Shown: positions 19,774 through 29,209 of the stretch, piece by piece
Position numbering within the stretch: position 1 is the stretch's first letter
How the letters are laid out: every line of letters begins with the position of its first letter
NCBI GenBank assembly: GCA_964358645.1
Contig: CAYHPW010000005.1
Span: 18,663 to 82,662, forward strand
From: an uncultured Bacteriovoracaceae bacterium
GTDB lineage: Bacteria > Bdellovibrionota > UBA1018
Direction of reading: 5' to 3'
Length of the DNA stretch: 64,000 bases
Notes under the pieces: generated by a model
Database searches by the model: none
What the model was told of the DNA's origin: nothing
What the model saw: only the letters and a program-made list of their open reading frames with translations
Program-made: the position numbers and the translations under genes

Positions 19774-20166
19774 CTAAGGCATCGACGTGCCTGTGCGTCC
19801 ATAACTGTCTTCTATACGAATTACATCATCGAGGTGTGGTGTAGAAACCTCGAACACGTCACAATCCTCCAAAGCTATCATCCTATGCTTACGGCCCGGG
19901 AAAATGTGAAAAGCCTCCCCGGAAAAAAGCGGCATTTCTTTCATCACTCCCTTTTCATCTTCGGTCACAAACATCATTTTCCCTGTCTTTAGAAAAACAG
20001 TTTCTTCTTTGATCCTGTGATATTGCAATGATAGTTTGTGCCCGCGCCGTATATGCAGAATTTTACCGATGTAGTGGTTTGTTTTCGCCCAAATTAGCTC
20101 ATAACCCCAAGGTTTTTCAATGCGTTCAATGGATTGTTTGCCAATGCCACAACCAGCTTCAGTCAT
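19774..20166 (-). CDS. Cupin protein (type II mannose-6-phosphate isomerase C-terminal-like)
   Basis: EKPWGYE, LSLQYHRIKEET, HRM, EVST..LDDVIRIEDSYGR. Confidence 0.85.
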   Translation of the reverse strand: MTEAGCGIGKQSIERIEKPWGYELIWAKTNHYIGKILHIRRGHKLSLQYHRIKEETVFLKTGKMMFVTEDEKGVMKEMPLFSGEAFHIFPGRKHRMIALEDCDVFEVSTPHLDDVIRIEDSYGRTGTSMP

Positions 20167-20854
20167 TATCCCCGCCGATTTTGGTTATTATAAGAAACGT
20201 ATCAATAATGCCGGTCGCCTTATAGCTCTGTCCGGCACGTTCAGCTAATTCACGTGAGGAGAAGTTACCTGCAAACACGCGGTAGCGTTTCTTGTTTTCT
20301 CCGATATCCACCTCTGAATAGGAAGCCTTAAGCCCGATCGATTCCTTCAGCTCAAATACCTGCTGACGCGCCTCCTCCTCGGATAAATACGACCCTATTT
20401 GTAGCGAGAAATATCTGCCTTGTCTTGATGCGGAATTCTCTATGTCGGAGGCAGGGTCCTGTTTGGTCATTTTTTTAGCAAGTTTTTGAGAACGCGTATC
20501 TTTAGGAAGATCAACTTGCCTTGAAACATCCAGCTTGAGGCCGATTTTAGATACCTCATCCCTAGTCGAGCGCTCCAGAATTTCATCAGCTACTTGGTTG
20601 GCGTACCTTGCCTGCTCGTTTAGCTCTTGTTCGGGAGGTACTTGCTTATCCACGACTTGGGCAATGCCTTCAGCATTGTTAAGCGGCTTTTTAGCACCAA
20701 CCTCGCTACTTGGAAGCGATACTGCCTGTGTGGCGGAATTCTTCGCAAAATGAACTCCGAACGTAAACGCAAAAATAACCACCACAACGCCTATAAGAAC
20801 AAGGAGCCGTATCTCCTTGCCATCATAAATGAATAATCGATGTTTTAATCCCAC
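20159..20854 (-). CDS. SPOR domain membrane protein
   Basis: N-terminal TM, linker and C-terminal SPOR domain (FSLQIGSY...YRVFAGNFSSRELA). Confidence 0.85.
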   Translation of the reverse strand: MGLKHRLFIYDGKEIRLLVLIGVVVVIFAFTFGVHFAKNSATQAVSLPSSEVGAKKPLNNAEGIAQVVDKQVPPEQELNEQARYANQVADEILERSTRDEVSKIGLKLDVSRQVDLPKDTRSQKLAKKMTKQDPASDIENSASRQGRYFSLQIGSYLSEEEARQQVFELKESIGLKASYSEVDIGENKKRYRVFAGNFSSRELAERAGQSYKATGIIDTFLIITKIGGDND

Positions 20855-20897
20855 GGCAAGAATAATAGCTTCGCAAGCCCCCCTCTGTCAATGTAAG

Positions 20898-20926
20898 TGC
20901 CGATTAATCAGCTCTTAAAATCGGCA
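20898..20926. promoter_or_regulatory. Inverted repeat, putative operator/activator site between divergent genes
   Basis: TGCCGATT-N13-AATCGGCA, a perfect 8-bp inverted repeat. Confidence 0.45.
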
Positions 20927-21035
20927 TAAAAATCCGGATACCGGCGTTACTAGGCTATTACGGTGGCCCCTGTTGGTTTCAAACTTTCATAGCCAGTTTG
21001 CCAAACAATAACTTTCAAAACAAAAGGAGCTTTTC

Positions 21036-21218
21036 ATGAAAAGACCAAATGGATATTTTTTTATAAATAACAACGGCCAGGGCCTAACAGAGTATATTGC
21101 GCTTCTGCTACTGATATCGGTCATTTCCATAGCCGCCGTAAAAGCGCTGGGTGGCACAATAAAGTCAAAACTTCAGGAGGCCAGAAACCAGATCAACCAG
21201 GAAATATCCATATATTAA
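21036..21218 (+). CDS. flp: Flp/Tad major pilin
   Basis: 60 aa with class III signal G|QGLTEY, a hydrophobic helix and LG tail. SD AAGGAG. Confidence 0.9.
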   Translation: MKRPNGYFFINNNGQGLTEYIALLLLISVISIAAVKALGGTIKSKLQEARNQINQEISIY

Positions 21219-21231
21219 AACCGAGGCGGAT

Positions 21232-21525
21232 TTGTATCCTAAACATAACAACGGTCAGGTACTTATTGAATTCGTGACAAGCGTTATATTTCTTTCATGC
21301 ATATTAGCATTGGTGTTTTCACTAATGGTCGCGCAGTGGTGGCGGGCACGGTGTGTATTCTTAACGTTCGAAAAGACCCATACAACACTTGTAGGTGGAA
21401 TATCAGAATACATCAGCTTCCCTTTAGAAATAACGGACACCGGGACTTCCATCAAGGGTGAATCAAGATGCATGCGCGATCCGAATGTAATTGAGTCAGT
21501 AGAGCTGCAGAAATTGGAGCCTTAG
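21232..21525 (+). CDS. TadE-like minor pilin
   Basis: NNG|QVLIEF followed by a hydrophobic helix. TTG start after GAGG. Confidence 0.7.
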   Translation: MYPKHNNGQVLIEFVTSVIFLSCILALVFSLMVAQWWRARCVFLTFEKTHTTLVGGISEYISFPLEITDTGTSIKGESRCMRDPNVIESVELQKLEP

Positions 21526-21531
21526 GTTCAT

Positions 21532-22143
21532 ATGATCAGACTTAATAAGCAATCCGGCTCGCTTCATCTTCCGATGGCATTATGTCTTATCGCGGTCGTG
21601 TCCATAGGTTTCGGCACATGGGCCTTCCTGAGGCGATGGCGATATCTGGCTGAACTTCAATTGCATCTAGATCGGTGTGTTGGAAATATAACGCTAAAGT
21701 TACGTGACACATTAACTGATATAGAATCTACGAACCGGATGATCGGCAAACTGAGGCTTGCCATAGCAGCCTCATCCCTTCTTCCCGAGGGGCGGGTTAC
21801 ACTTCAAACCGCACTAACCGCATTAGCAGCTAAACAGGATATGGCAATAATATACTGGGAAAGCTTGAGGATCCACTGGTCGTTAAACAGTGCGTGTGGC
21901 AAAAAGGGCGGCATAAGCTGGCCGCCACCAAGCCTTGATCTGACTAGGCCTCCGCCCGATGTACTAGGACAGCAGAAATTATACTGGCAAAGAGGGATCC
22001 CTAATGTGTTTTTTATCCAAGCTTATCGTTCCCCAAGGGCAGCGGCAGCTACAGTCGAGTATTTCAAGACCGGTACAAGCGCGACGAGGTGGGTTGCTGC
22101 TTGGACCATCCCACAAAAAACAATGTGGGCAAATATTTATTGA
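21532..22143 (+). CDS. TadG-like pseudopilin
   Basis: QSG|SLHLPMAL (no E+5), a hydrophobic helix and LQ..LD pattern, inside the pilin cluster. Confidence 0.55.
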   Translation: MIRLNKQSGSLHLPMALCLIAVVSIGFGTWAFLRRWRYLAELQLHLDRCVGNITLKLRDTLTDIESTNRMIGKLRLAIAASSLLPEGRVTLQTALTALAAKQDMAIIYWESLRIHWSLNSACGKKGGISWPPPSLDLTRPPPDVLGQQKLYWQRGIPNVFFIQAYRSPRAAAATVEYFKTGTSATRWVAAWTIPQKTMWANIY

Positions 22144-22288
22144 GATGTGCATATGGGCGACAATTATTTCAATCGTTTCTATGGGTATTTGTCTTGGGTT
22201 AAGGGAAGAATACTCACGCTACAAAAAAGCTATATCCTCGGCCAGATATATGTTCTCAGCAACGGAAAAGCAAAAGGCGCATTTTTAG
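22004..22288 (+). CDS. Short TadE-like minor pilin; true start uncertain (possibly TTG 22094)
   Basis: KKQCG|QIFIEM followed by a hydrophobic helix (CIWATIISIVSMGICLGL). Overlaps both neighbours. Confidence 0.5.
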   Translation: MCFLSKLIVPQGQRQLQSSISRPVQARRGGLLLGPSHKKQCGQIFIEMCIWATIISIVSMGICLGLREEYSRYKKAISSARYMFSATEKQKAHF

Positions 22289-22755
22289 TTCTCATCGCAA
22301 TTTGTCTTGCTGCGGTTGCAAATAGGATAGCACGTAACGAGGCGTTTAGAGAGCTGGAGAAAAACCATTTTCCGTCACCCCTTATATGGGATTATGCGCT
22401 GACAGCGAGAGGATTTCACAAAGTGACAGAAAACCTTATGCAACGGGTATACAGGAGTTTGCCTCTCACCATTAGTAGTGAAGGAACAGTATGGTCTAGC
22501 AAAGACCTTCAGTGGTTCGCTGTATATGACCGCAATATCAACCAGCAGAACCCTGTCACAATTTATTGTAGATCATGTAAAAATCATTCAAAAGAGATAC
22601 AGACGCTCGTATATTGGGAGCCGCACGGTTCGGGTTGGGCTGCCCTTGAAACGATCTCTATCAGCCTTGATAGAGATCTATCCAATATTACGACAAATTC
22701 AAAATCATCTATTAACTCGGTATTAGCAAGAGATCCCCGCGAAATACGTTATTGA
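22147..22755 (+). CDS. Hypothetical membrane-anchored protein; start uncertain
   Basis: Only long ORF covering 22290-22755, with a hydrophobic segment AFLVLIAICLAAVA and a CRSC motif. Confidence 0.45.
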   Translation: MHMGDNYFNRFYGYLSWVKGRILTLQKSYILGQIYVLSNGKAKGAFLVLIAICLAAVANRIARNEAFRELEKNHFPSPLIWDYALTARGFHKVTENLMQRVYRSLPLTISSEGTVWSSKDLQWFAVYDRNINQQNPVTIYCRSCKNHSKEIQTLVYWEPHGSGWAALETISISLDRDLSNITTNSKSSINSVLARDPREIRY

Positions 22756-22789
22756 CTTTTACTAAGCTTCAAGGCTTTATTTTTTCATA

Positions 22790-23734
22790 ATGAAACAAGA
22801 TCTAGCTTCTATCCTTGCTGTTGGCTCACTGGCCTTTGACACCATTGAAACACCTGCCGGAAAAGCAGAATCAGTATTGGGGGGATCAGTTAACTATTTC
22901 TCTATAGCGGCATCATTTTATTCCCCGGTCAAAGTTGTGGGCGTGGTGGGTGAGGACTTCCCGAAATCCCACCTTGAGTGGTTATCCAGCCGCAAAATCG
23001 ATGTAAGTGGCGTGAAAATAAATCCAGGCAGGACATTCCACTGGGTTGGCGCTTATGACCACAACCTTAATGAAGCAAAAACTCTTTCAACAGCTCTGAA
23101 TGTGTTTGAGCACTTCGATCCAAAGCTTTCCCAATCACACAAGTCAACGCCATATCTTTTTTTGGCAAATATAGATCCTGTTTTGCAGCAAAAAGTATTG
23201 GATCAAATGAGCGCATCACGACTGGTGGCGTGTGACAGTATGAACTTCTGGATAACCGGGAAACCAGAAGAGCTTAAAAAAACATTAAAACGTGTTGACG
23301 TGCTTTCGATTAACGAAGGAGAAGCTTATCTTCTATCAGGACAGCGCAACCTTACAAAAGCTGCCAAGTTCATACGCGAACTTGGCCCGTCAATAATAAT
23401 CATCAAACGTGGTGAATATGGGGCGAACCTGTTTACACCTGCTGGAACTTTCCTGGCTCCGGCTTTCCCCGTATTATCCGTTGTTGATCCTACGGGAGCT
23501 GGTGACAGTTTTGCTGGCGCCTTCATGGGCTACCTTGCTGAAGCCGGTATTCACCGTGATATGGCCCACAAGAGTCCTCAAGAGTTTGATAACTTATTAA
23601 GACGCGCAGTATTAGCTGGTTGCGTGATGGCGAGTTTTACAGTGGAGGATTTTAGTATCCACAGGTTGCTTCGCCTAGACAACAGTGAGCTTGTGACAAG
23701 GCAGCGCATGCTCATGAAAATGATCTCGATTTAA
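22790..23734 (+). CDS. PfkB family carbohydrate/nucleoside kinase
   Basis: LGGS, INEGEA, IKRGEYGA and the DPTGAGDSFAG signature. Confidence 0.93.
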   Translation: MKQDLASILAVGSLAFDTIETPAGKAESVLGGSVNYFSIAASFYSPVKVVGVVGEDFPKSHLEWLSSRKIDVSGVKINPGRTFHWVGAYDHNLNEAKTLSTALNVFEHFDPKLSQSHKSTPYLFLANIDPVLQQKVLDQMSASRLVACDSMNFWITGKPEELKKTLKRVDVLSINEGEAYLLSGQRNLTKAAKFIRELGPSIIIIKRGEYGANLFTPAGTFLAPAFPVLSVVDPTGAGDSFAGAFMGYLAEAGIHRDMAHKSPQEFDNLLRRAVLAGCVMASFTVEDFSIHRLLRLDNSELVTRQRMLMKMISI

Positions 23735-24911
23735 CTGATGACTTTGCTAAAAACGACCAGCCGGAACTCACAGTTTCCAAAAACAGAGTTGGGTCTTTGC
23801 CGACTTCAATAATCATTTTCTTGATAGTCTCCACCAATTCACGCTGAAAACGCTCGCGCGAAAACAACCGTGCCCGGTCCCTTATTTCTTCATGAGAGAA
23901 AACAATCTTGCCTTCTTCGTACTTACTGACAGCTTCAATCAACCCATCGGCGGTTTGACGGTCAAAAAATATCCCTGTCTTATCGGTAACTGTTTCCAGT
24001 AAACCGCCCTGGGCATATGCAATCACGGGGGCTCCGGCCGCCATGGCTTCAAGGGGTGCTATGCCAAAATCCTCCACTCCCGGAAATATGAATGCTTTAC
24101 ATTTGGAATACAAATCCGCCACAGCTTCGTCAGACAAGTTTCCAAGAAATTCAACCGTTGGGCCGGCATTTTTCTGTAATTTCTCCTCATTTTGACCGGA
24201 GCCGACAATAATAAGAGGGAGCCTCATTTTATTAAACGCCTCAATTGCTATGTCTATGCGCTTATAAGGCGCCATAGCTCCGACCATCAGGTAATAGCGT
24301 CCCGGATGCCGCTGTCTTTTAGCAAAACGCTCAAAATCGACGAATGGATAAATAACTTCAGCCCGGCGGCCATAAGCGCGCTCGATCTGACCGGCGATGA
24401 ATTTACTGTTGGCGATCAGCTTATCAACCCTGTCTTTGCCACTAACTAGCCTGTCCCAATTCTGTAACCTGTGACGTATCAGCTTTGCGACGATTCTTAC
24501 TGGCAATGACGCATGTCCAGGAGCGAAGTAATCGTCATAACGGTCCCACATATATCGCATGGGCGCATGTACATAGCTGATATGTAGTGCGTCTGTCGGT
24601 TTACGAATCCCTTTTGCAACACAGTGTGATGAAGAAATCACCAGATCGAAGCCCTTTAAGTCAAAGCGCTCAATGCAAAAAGGCATTACAGGCAAGAAAG
24701 AACGGTAACGTTTTTCAATGGCTGGTACCCGTTGAAGAATACTTGTATGACGTTTTAAAGCGGTTAACACTGGCGAAATTCTGCCAGGTACATAAATCAG
24801 TGTGAATAATTCCGCACGCGGGAACAACTCTGCCATTGCCTCCAAGACATGCTCTCCGCCACGCATACCCGTAAGCCAATCATGCACGATTGCTATACGG
24901 TAAGCATTCAC
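23712..24911 (-). CDS. GT4 glycosyltransferase
   Basis: VHDWLTGMRGGE, YKRID, EDFGIAPLEAMAAG. Confidence 0.93.
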   Translation of the reverse strand: MNAYRIAIVHDWLTGMRGGEHVLEAMAELFPRAELFTLIYVPGRISPVLTALKRHTSILQRVPAIEKRYRSFLPVMPFCIERFDLKGFDLVISSSHCVAKGIRKPTDALHISYVHAPMRYMWDRYDDYFAPGHASLPVRIVAKLIRHRLQNWDRLVSGKDRVDKLIANSKFIAGQIERAYGRRAEVIYPFVDFERFAKRQRHPGRYYLMVGAMAPYKRIDIAIEAFNKMRLPLIIVGSGQNEEKLQKNAGPTVEFLGNLSDEAVADLYSKCKAFIFPGVEDFGIAPLEAMAAGAPVIAYAQGGLLETVTDKTGIFFDRQTADGLIEAVSKYEEGKIVFSHEEIRDRARLFSRERFQRELVETIKKMIIEVGKDPTLFLETVSSGWSFLAKSSVKSRSFS

Positions 24912-25900
24912 CTAAGCGACCTGAAATATTCTATAGTTCGCATAAGTCCTTCTTCGAGATCCACTTTAGGTTCCCACCCAAGAAGTCGCCTGGCGCGGGA
25001 AATATCAGGGCATCTTCGTTTTGGGTCATCAGGACGAGCGGCCAAGTGTTTAATCGGCAACTGGTTACCAACTATGCTTAAAACAGCTTTAGTAAATTCG
25101 AGCACGGTTTTCTCGTGTGGATTTCCAATGTTCACGGGAACTGAAACATCGCTTTTGAAAAGCTTAATTATTCCATCCACCAGATCAGACACATAACAGA
25201 AACTGCGGGTTTGTTGGCCGTCTCCATGCACGGTCAACTCCTGCCCAGATAGCGCTCTCACACAGAGTTCAGGAACAATGCGACCGTCATCTGGTCTCAT
25301 GCGCGGGCCGTATGTATTGAATATGCGGACCATGCCGCCATTTATTCGTTTAATTTCTCCGGATGTGGTTGGCACTCCACGAATTGCCGTACTGACATAT
25401 GCTTCAGCAAACCGCTTAGTTTCGTCATAGCAGGCACGCGGTCCGATCGTGTTGACATTTCCGAAGTAATCCTCCTTCTGAGGATGCTCCAGCGGGTCGC
25501 CATAAATTTCGGAAGTAGAGGCTAATAAATATCTTGCATTGTATTTTGAAGCCAGATCAACCGTGTGCATTGTACCGACTGAATCCACTGCAAGTATCTC
25601 AAACGGGATGCGGTCAAAATCCACCGGGCTTGCGGGACAAGCAAAATGGAAAAGTCCGAACAAGCCGTACTTATTCAGCAGTGGAAGCCGCCTTCCTTCA
25701 ATAGGCATATCCAGCGAATGGCACACATCCCATTCAAGGAAATGGAAATCTTGTTTTTTTTCCGCTTCCGCAAGGTTTTCCTTGCTGCCAGTGATAAAAT
25801 TATCTAGAGCGGTAACAGCATATCCGTCTTGTAATAATGCATCACATAGATGTGAACCTATGAAACCGGCGCCGCCTGTAACAATAATGTGTTTTTTCAT
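24908..25900 (-). CDS. UDP-glucuronate decarboxylase (UDP-xylose synthase)-like extended SDR
   Basis: TGGAGFIGSH, ACPASP, ASTSEIYGDP, GPRACYDETKR, RIFNTYGP, QTRSFCYVSD, DDPKRRCPDI. Confidence 0.92.
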   Translation of the reverse strand: MKKHIIVTGGAGFIGSHLCDALLQDGYAVTALDNFITGSKENLAEAEKKQDFHFLEWDVCHSLDMPIEGRRLPLLNKYGLFGLFHFACPASPVDFDRIPFEILAVDSVGTMHTVDLASKYNARYLLASTSEIYGDPLEHPQKEDYFGNVNTIGPRACYDETKRFAEAYVSTAIRGVPTTSGEIKRINGGMVRIFNTYGPRMRPDDGRIVPELCVRALSGQELTVHGDGQQTRSFCYVSDLVDGIIKLFKSDVSVPVNIGNPHEKTVLEFTKAVLSIVGNQLPIKHLAARPDDPKRRCPDISRARRLLGWEPKVDLEEGLMRTIEYFRSLR

Positions 25901-25902
25901 TA

Positions 25903-27003
25903 TTACAATTTTAACACACGTCTATAGATCCGGTCCATATTCTGCCCAAGCTTTTCGATGGTGTACTTTCCCCTAATTTTTTGTCTAGTCCCTGATGAGG
26001 CTCCAGGAATCCCGCCACCGCTCGCCAATAACATGGCGCTTACCCATTGCTCTTTATCCGTTGGATCAGCCAAAACCAACCCATCAGATCCGCAATCCCG
26101 CAATACCTCTTCATGTGGCGGGATCTTTGAAGTTATCACTGGAATACCGATCGCCACGGCTTCCACTGGCGGCAGGCCAAACCCTTCATAAAGCGACGGA
26201 AAAACTAATGCTCCACATGAGTGCATAAGCACGCGCCCCTCAAAATCATTCAAACCACCCAATGCCTTAACACCGTTGACGTCACTAAATCCGCCCATGC
26301 TAAGAACAAGCGGCCAAGCAGCGGGAACTCCCATCTCATGGCGATAATCGCTAAAAGCTTCAACTAACATACCGACATTTTTGTGTGGCTTGGGGTTGGA
26401 GAGGCAAAAAAAGTAACGGTTCGATTCTAGACCATACTTTTGAAGAACTAAATTCTGCTCCGATTTAGAAGGCGCTTCGAATAATTCTGGGTTTATCGCA
26501 TTTGGAACAACCTCAATATCTTTTTTGAGAAAGCCCATCCATTTCGCGAGCTCTTGTTTGGAAAATTCTGAAACTGACATGACAGCCCTCGCATGAAACA
26601 CAAAATGCTTTAGCAGAACTTTATAATATATTTTTTGCCATATGCCGCCGAATTGCAGGTGGTTTAGGTCGTGGACTGTTACTATCCAAGGACATGGAGC
26701 TATGAGCAGGCTTGAAAAAGTCGGGCTGTGATAAATATCAACCTTTAACTTGGATAAAACACGCGGTAATTCGATCAACTCCGATGGATGCAAGAATGGA
26801 GCACGCACTGTATATTTTTCAAATGGGTTAAGCGCTTCGCGCGGGCAATTTTTGCATACCAGGAAAACAGGCTCATAGTCTAAGTGCTTCGATACCTGCG
26901 CCAAGCCCTGTGCAATTGCAGTAACATATCTTGAAAAACCGTGTGGCACACTCGTAACCATTCTGGCATCGATGGCTATTTTCTTACTGTGCTTACTTCT
27001 CAT
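25903..27003 (-). CDS. GT4 glycosyltransferase
   Basis: IDAR, VTVHDL, PHKN, FPSLYEGFGLPPVEA. Confidence 0.92.
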   Translation of the reverse strand: MRSKHSKKIAIDARMVTSVPHGFSRYVTAIAQGLAQVSKHLDYEPVFLVCKNCPREALNPFEKYTVRAPFLHPSELIELPRVLSKLKVDIYHSPTFSSLLIAPCPWIVTVHDLNHLQFGGIWQKIYYKVLLKHFVFHARAVMSVSEFSKQELAKWMGFLKKDIEVVPNAINPELFEAPSKSEQNLVLQKYGLESNRYFFCLSNPKPHKNVGMLVEAFSDYRHEMGVPAAWPLVLSMGGFSDVNGVKALGGLNDFEGRVLMHSCGALVFPSLYEGFGLPPVEAVAIGIPVITSKIPPHEEVLRDCGSDGLVLADPTDKEQWVSAMLLASGGGIPGASSGTRQKIRGKYTIEKLGQNMDRIYRRVLKL

Positions 27004-28243
27004 TAACCTCGTTCTCCTGAGACCAAAGCAGCGCCCATGCCACGGCCAATGCTATCTGATGCATTACTTTGCCTTCCCAAAAATTTGCTTGTGTCAGGCC
27101 ATTGAGGTGAAGCACTACCCAGGCACATGCTATGCCTATTGAAAAATTAACATGCCTTGCACGATAAAAACATTTAATGATAATCCAGGTTACAACAAGG
27201 CACCAGAAACACCATGCGATTGTACCAATAAGGCCCGTTCCACCTAACATATCTATGACTGAATTGTGCCCGTGGCCGCTAAAAACCGATTGGCCAGGAT
27301 ATTTTTCCATCAAATAGTGTCCGGATAATTGTTCGTTATGGTGCCATCCAACACCTGTCAGCGGGCGGGCTTTGAAAAACTCGATGTTAGCTTCCCAGAG
27401 GTCCTCTCTTGAGGCTATGCCTATTGCATCACCCATTCTTCTTTTTACAACATCACATTGGCTAAGGACGGCGGCAGCGATAATGACTGGCGCGAACATG
27501 GCGACAGCCCTTTTTAACGGAAGCTTAATGGCGAGTAAAATTAAAATACCTATAGGAAGAGCAAGCCATAGCATCCTTGAATAGCTGAAAAAAAGTGTTA
27601 AAGCCCCCGCACCAATTGCCATCCATAAAAATCTCTTTGATAATTCACAGGGCGTTTTCAAGCTGTGGCCAATCGCAAGATCAAGCGACGCAAAAAACGG
27701 GAAAATGAAAACACTGGCGACTGATAAATGATGCCCTAGAAAAACCGTGGCATGATAATATGGCTCGTTTCCTGGTATCACCTGCGGCCTTGGCCAACCC
27801 AAAAAATATTGTAAAATACCAATAACTGACAAAACAAAGAATGAAACAAGCCATGCTCTTGTGACAAACAGGCGATCCGCCATGGAGATTCTCCTGAGCG
27901 CTATCACTATTGCAAACGGCCAGAAAAGATACCATGTCTTAACCATCACCCCGATAAAGTTAATTTCCACACTTCTGCCGGCATATTTTAAGGGGAACAC
28001 TGCGCCCATCAATATCGTAAGAGCAAGCACTACAGTCAGTACGATAGACGCCTTAAACAGAATCCTGGACAACGGTTTTTCAAGCTCATGTTTTAGTTCT
28101 GCAGCGGTCTGTTTTAAACCTAAAACACCAACCAAGATAAGCAGCAGGGTTATCGCGCCTATGCTCATGGTAGCCATGGAAACTAACGAACAAACCACAT
28201 AAACTACCAATGCCCATTTAATCAATAAAACATGATTTTTCAT
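26993..28243 (-). CDS. O-antigen ligase (Wzy_C/WaaL) family protein
   Basis: Multi-TM protein with SYSR, R..LW, PLTGVG and HGHNS...GxxG. Confidence 0.85.
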   Translation of the reverse strand: MKNHVLLIKWALVVYVVCSLVSMATMSIGAITLLLILVGVLGLKQTAAELKHELEKPLSRILFKASIVLTVVLALTILMGAVFPLKYAGRSVEINFIGVMVKTWYLFWPFAIVIALRRISMADRLFVTRAWLVSFFVLSVIGILQYFLGWPRPQVIPGNEPYYHATVFLGHHLSVASVFIFPFFASLDLAIGHSLKTPCELSKRFLWMAIGAGALTLFFSYSRMLWLALPIGILILLAIKLPLKRAVAMFAPVIIAAAVLSQCDVVKRRMGDAIGIASREDLWEANIEFFKARPLTGVGWHHNEQLSGHYLMEKYPGQSVFSGHGHNSVIDMLGGTGLIGTIAWCFWCLVVTWIIIKCFYRARHVNFSIGIACAWVVLHLNGLTQANFWEGKVMHQIALAVAWALLWSQENEVNEK

Positions 28244-29180
28244 TTTCTTGGCTCGTTAGTGATACTTTGGTGAATTTGCAGGCACCGAGGAGTTCACAAC
28301 TTCTACAAACTTCCGGTCGGTAGCGTTTAGTGCAAATATCTAAGATTCCAAGACGTGCTAAAGCGAAGTCATATTTTGCTGGATCTGACCGATCTGAAAA
28401 ATCACCAAATTTTAAATTTTCTGTGACTTCCAATGCGGCCTTCCAATCAGCACCCGCCCTTGAAGTTAAACCGAGGTATCTGCTTATCCTAGCGGTATGA
28501 GTATCAAGAGGGACAACAAGCTGATTCGGTCGTAGAAAAAACCGACTGCTTCCAATTAATGGACCGCTTTGTGACCAAAGACCAAGGTCAAGCGCATCCC
28601 GTCTACCCATCCAGCGCAAAAACATGCACCAACGTTTGCAACAGCTGCCACCATGCGGTGAAACCAGGAAATAACCAAGCCCGTGGTTAAATGAACCAGC
28701 CCAATTTTTCCAATCCTGTATTAGTGAATCCAGCGCCGTAGAAAAATTAACATCGGTATATTTTAATTTAGAAAGAAAATGTGCACCTAACGAACCATGT
28801 GCCAACCAACTCTTACCAAGAAGGATTAGAAGGCTTACAATATCACGTCCGGTATTAAATCGATAAACGAAGTCTCCAAACACATCGTAAGCCGCAGATA
28901 AAAATGACTTATCAGTGACTGTGCCCCCAGATCGCCCCAGAGTGTGAACAAATTCTTTTGGAAAACCGGATAATCGCTTTATTCTCTCAAGCACATCTTC
29001 TACCGCTCGCCTTATTTGTTTTACATTGCCGTATGCAAGTTGTGATGAGATTAGCGCAACAGCTTCTTGGTCCCATGGATCGGTATACCGATGGACGAAC
29101 TCAAGCGGATCCGAGTATAAAAACTCTTTCCTGTTATATTTGACATATAACCGATCTAATAGAATCTTGACCATTGTCAA
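28218..29180 (-). CDS. TIGR02757/DUF2400 family protein (HhH-GPD-like, C-terminal 4-Cys cluster)
   Basis: DPLEFVHRY, LAYG, CKR..MFLRWM.R, DLGLW, PLDTH, DPAKYDFAL and C-x8-C-x2-C-x5-C. Confidence 0.85.
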   Translation of the reverse strand: MTMVKILLDRLYVKYNRKEFLYSDPLEFVHRYTDPWDQEAVALISSQLAYGNVKQIRRAVEDVLERIKRLSGFPKEFVHTLGRSGGTVTDKSFLSAAYDVFGDFVYRFNTGRDIVSLLILLGKSWLAHGSLGAHFLSKLKYTDVNFSTALDSLIQDWKNWAGSFNHGLGYFLVSPHGGSCCKRWCMFLRWMGRRDALDLGLWSQSGPLIGSSRFFLRPNQLVVPLDTHTARISRYLGLTSRAGADWKAALEVTENLKFGDFSDRSDPAKYDFALARLGILDICTKRYRPEVCRSCELLGACKFTKVSLTSQENEKSCFID

Positions 29181-29209
29181 AAGATAGCTCTACCCGGTAT
29201 TGAATATAC

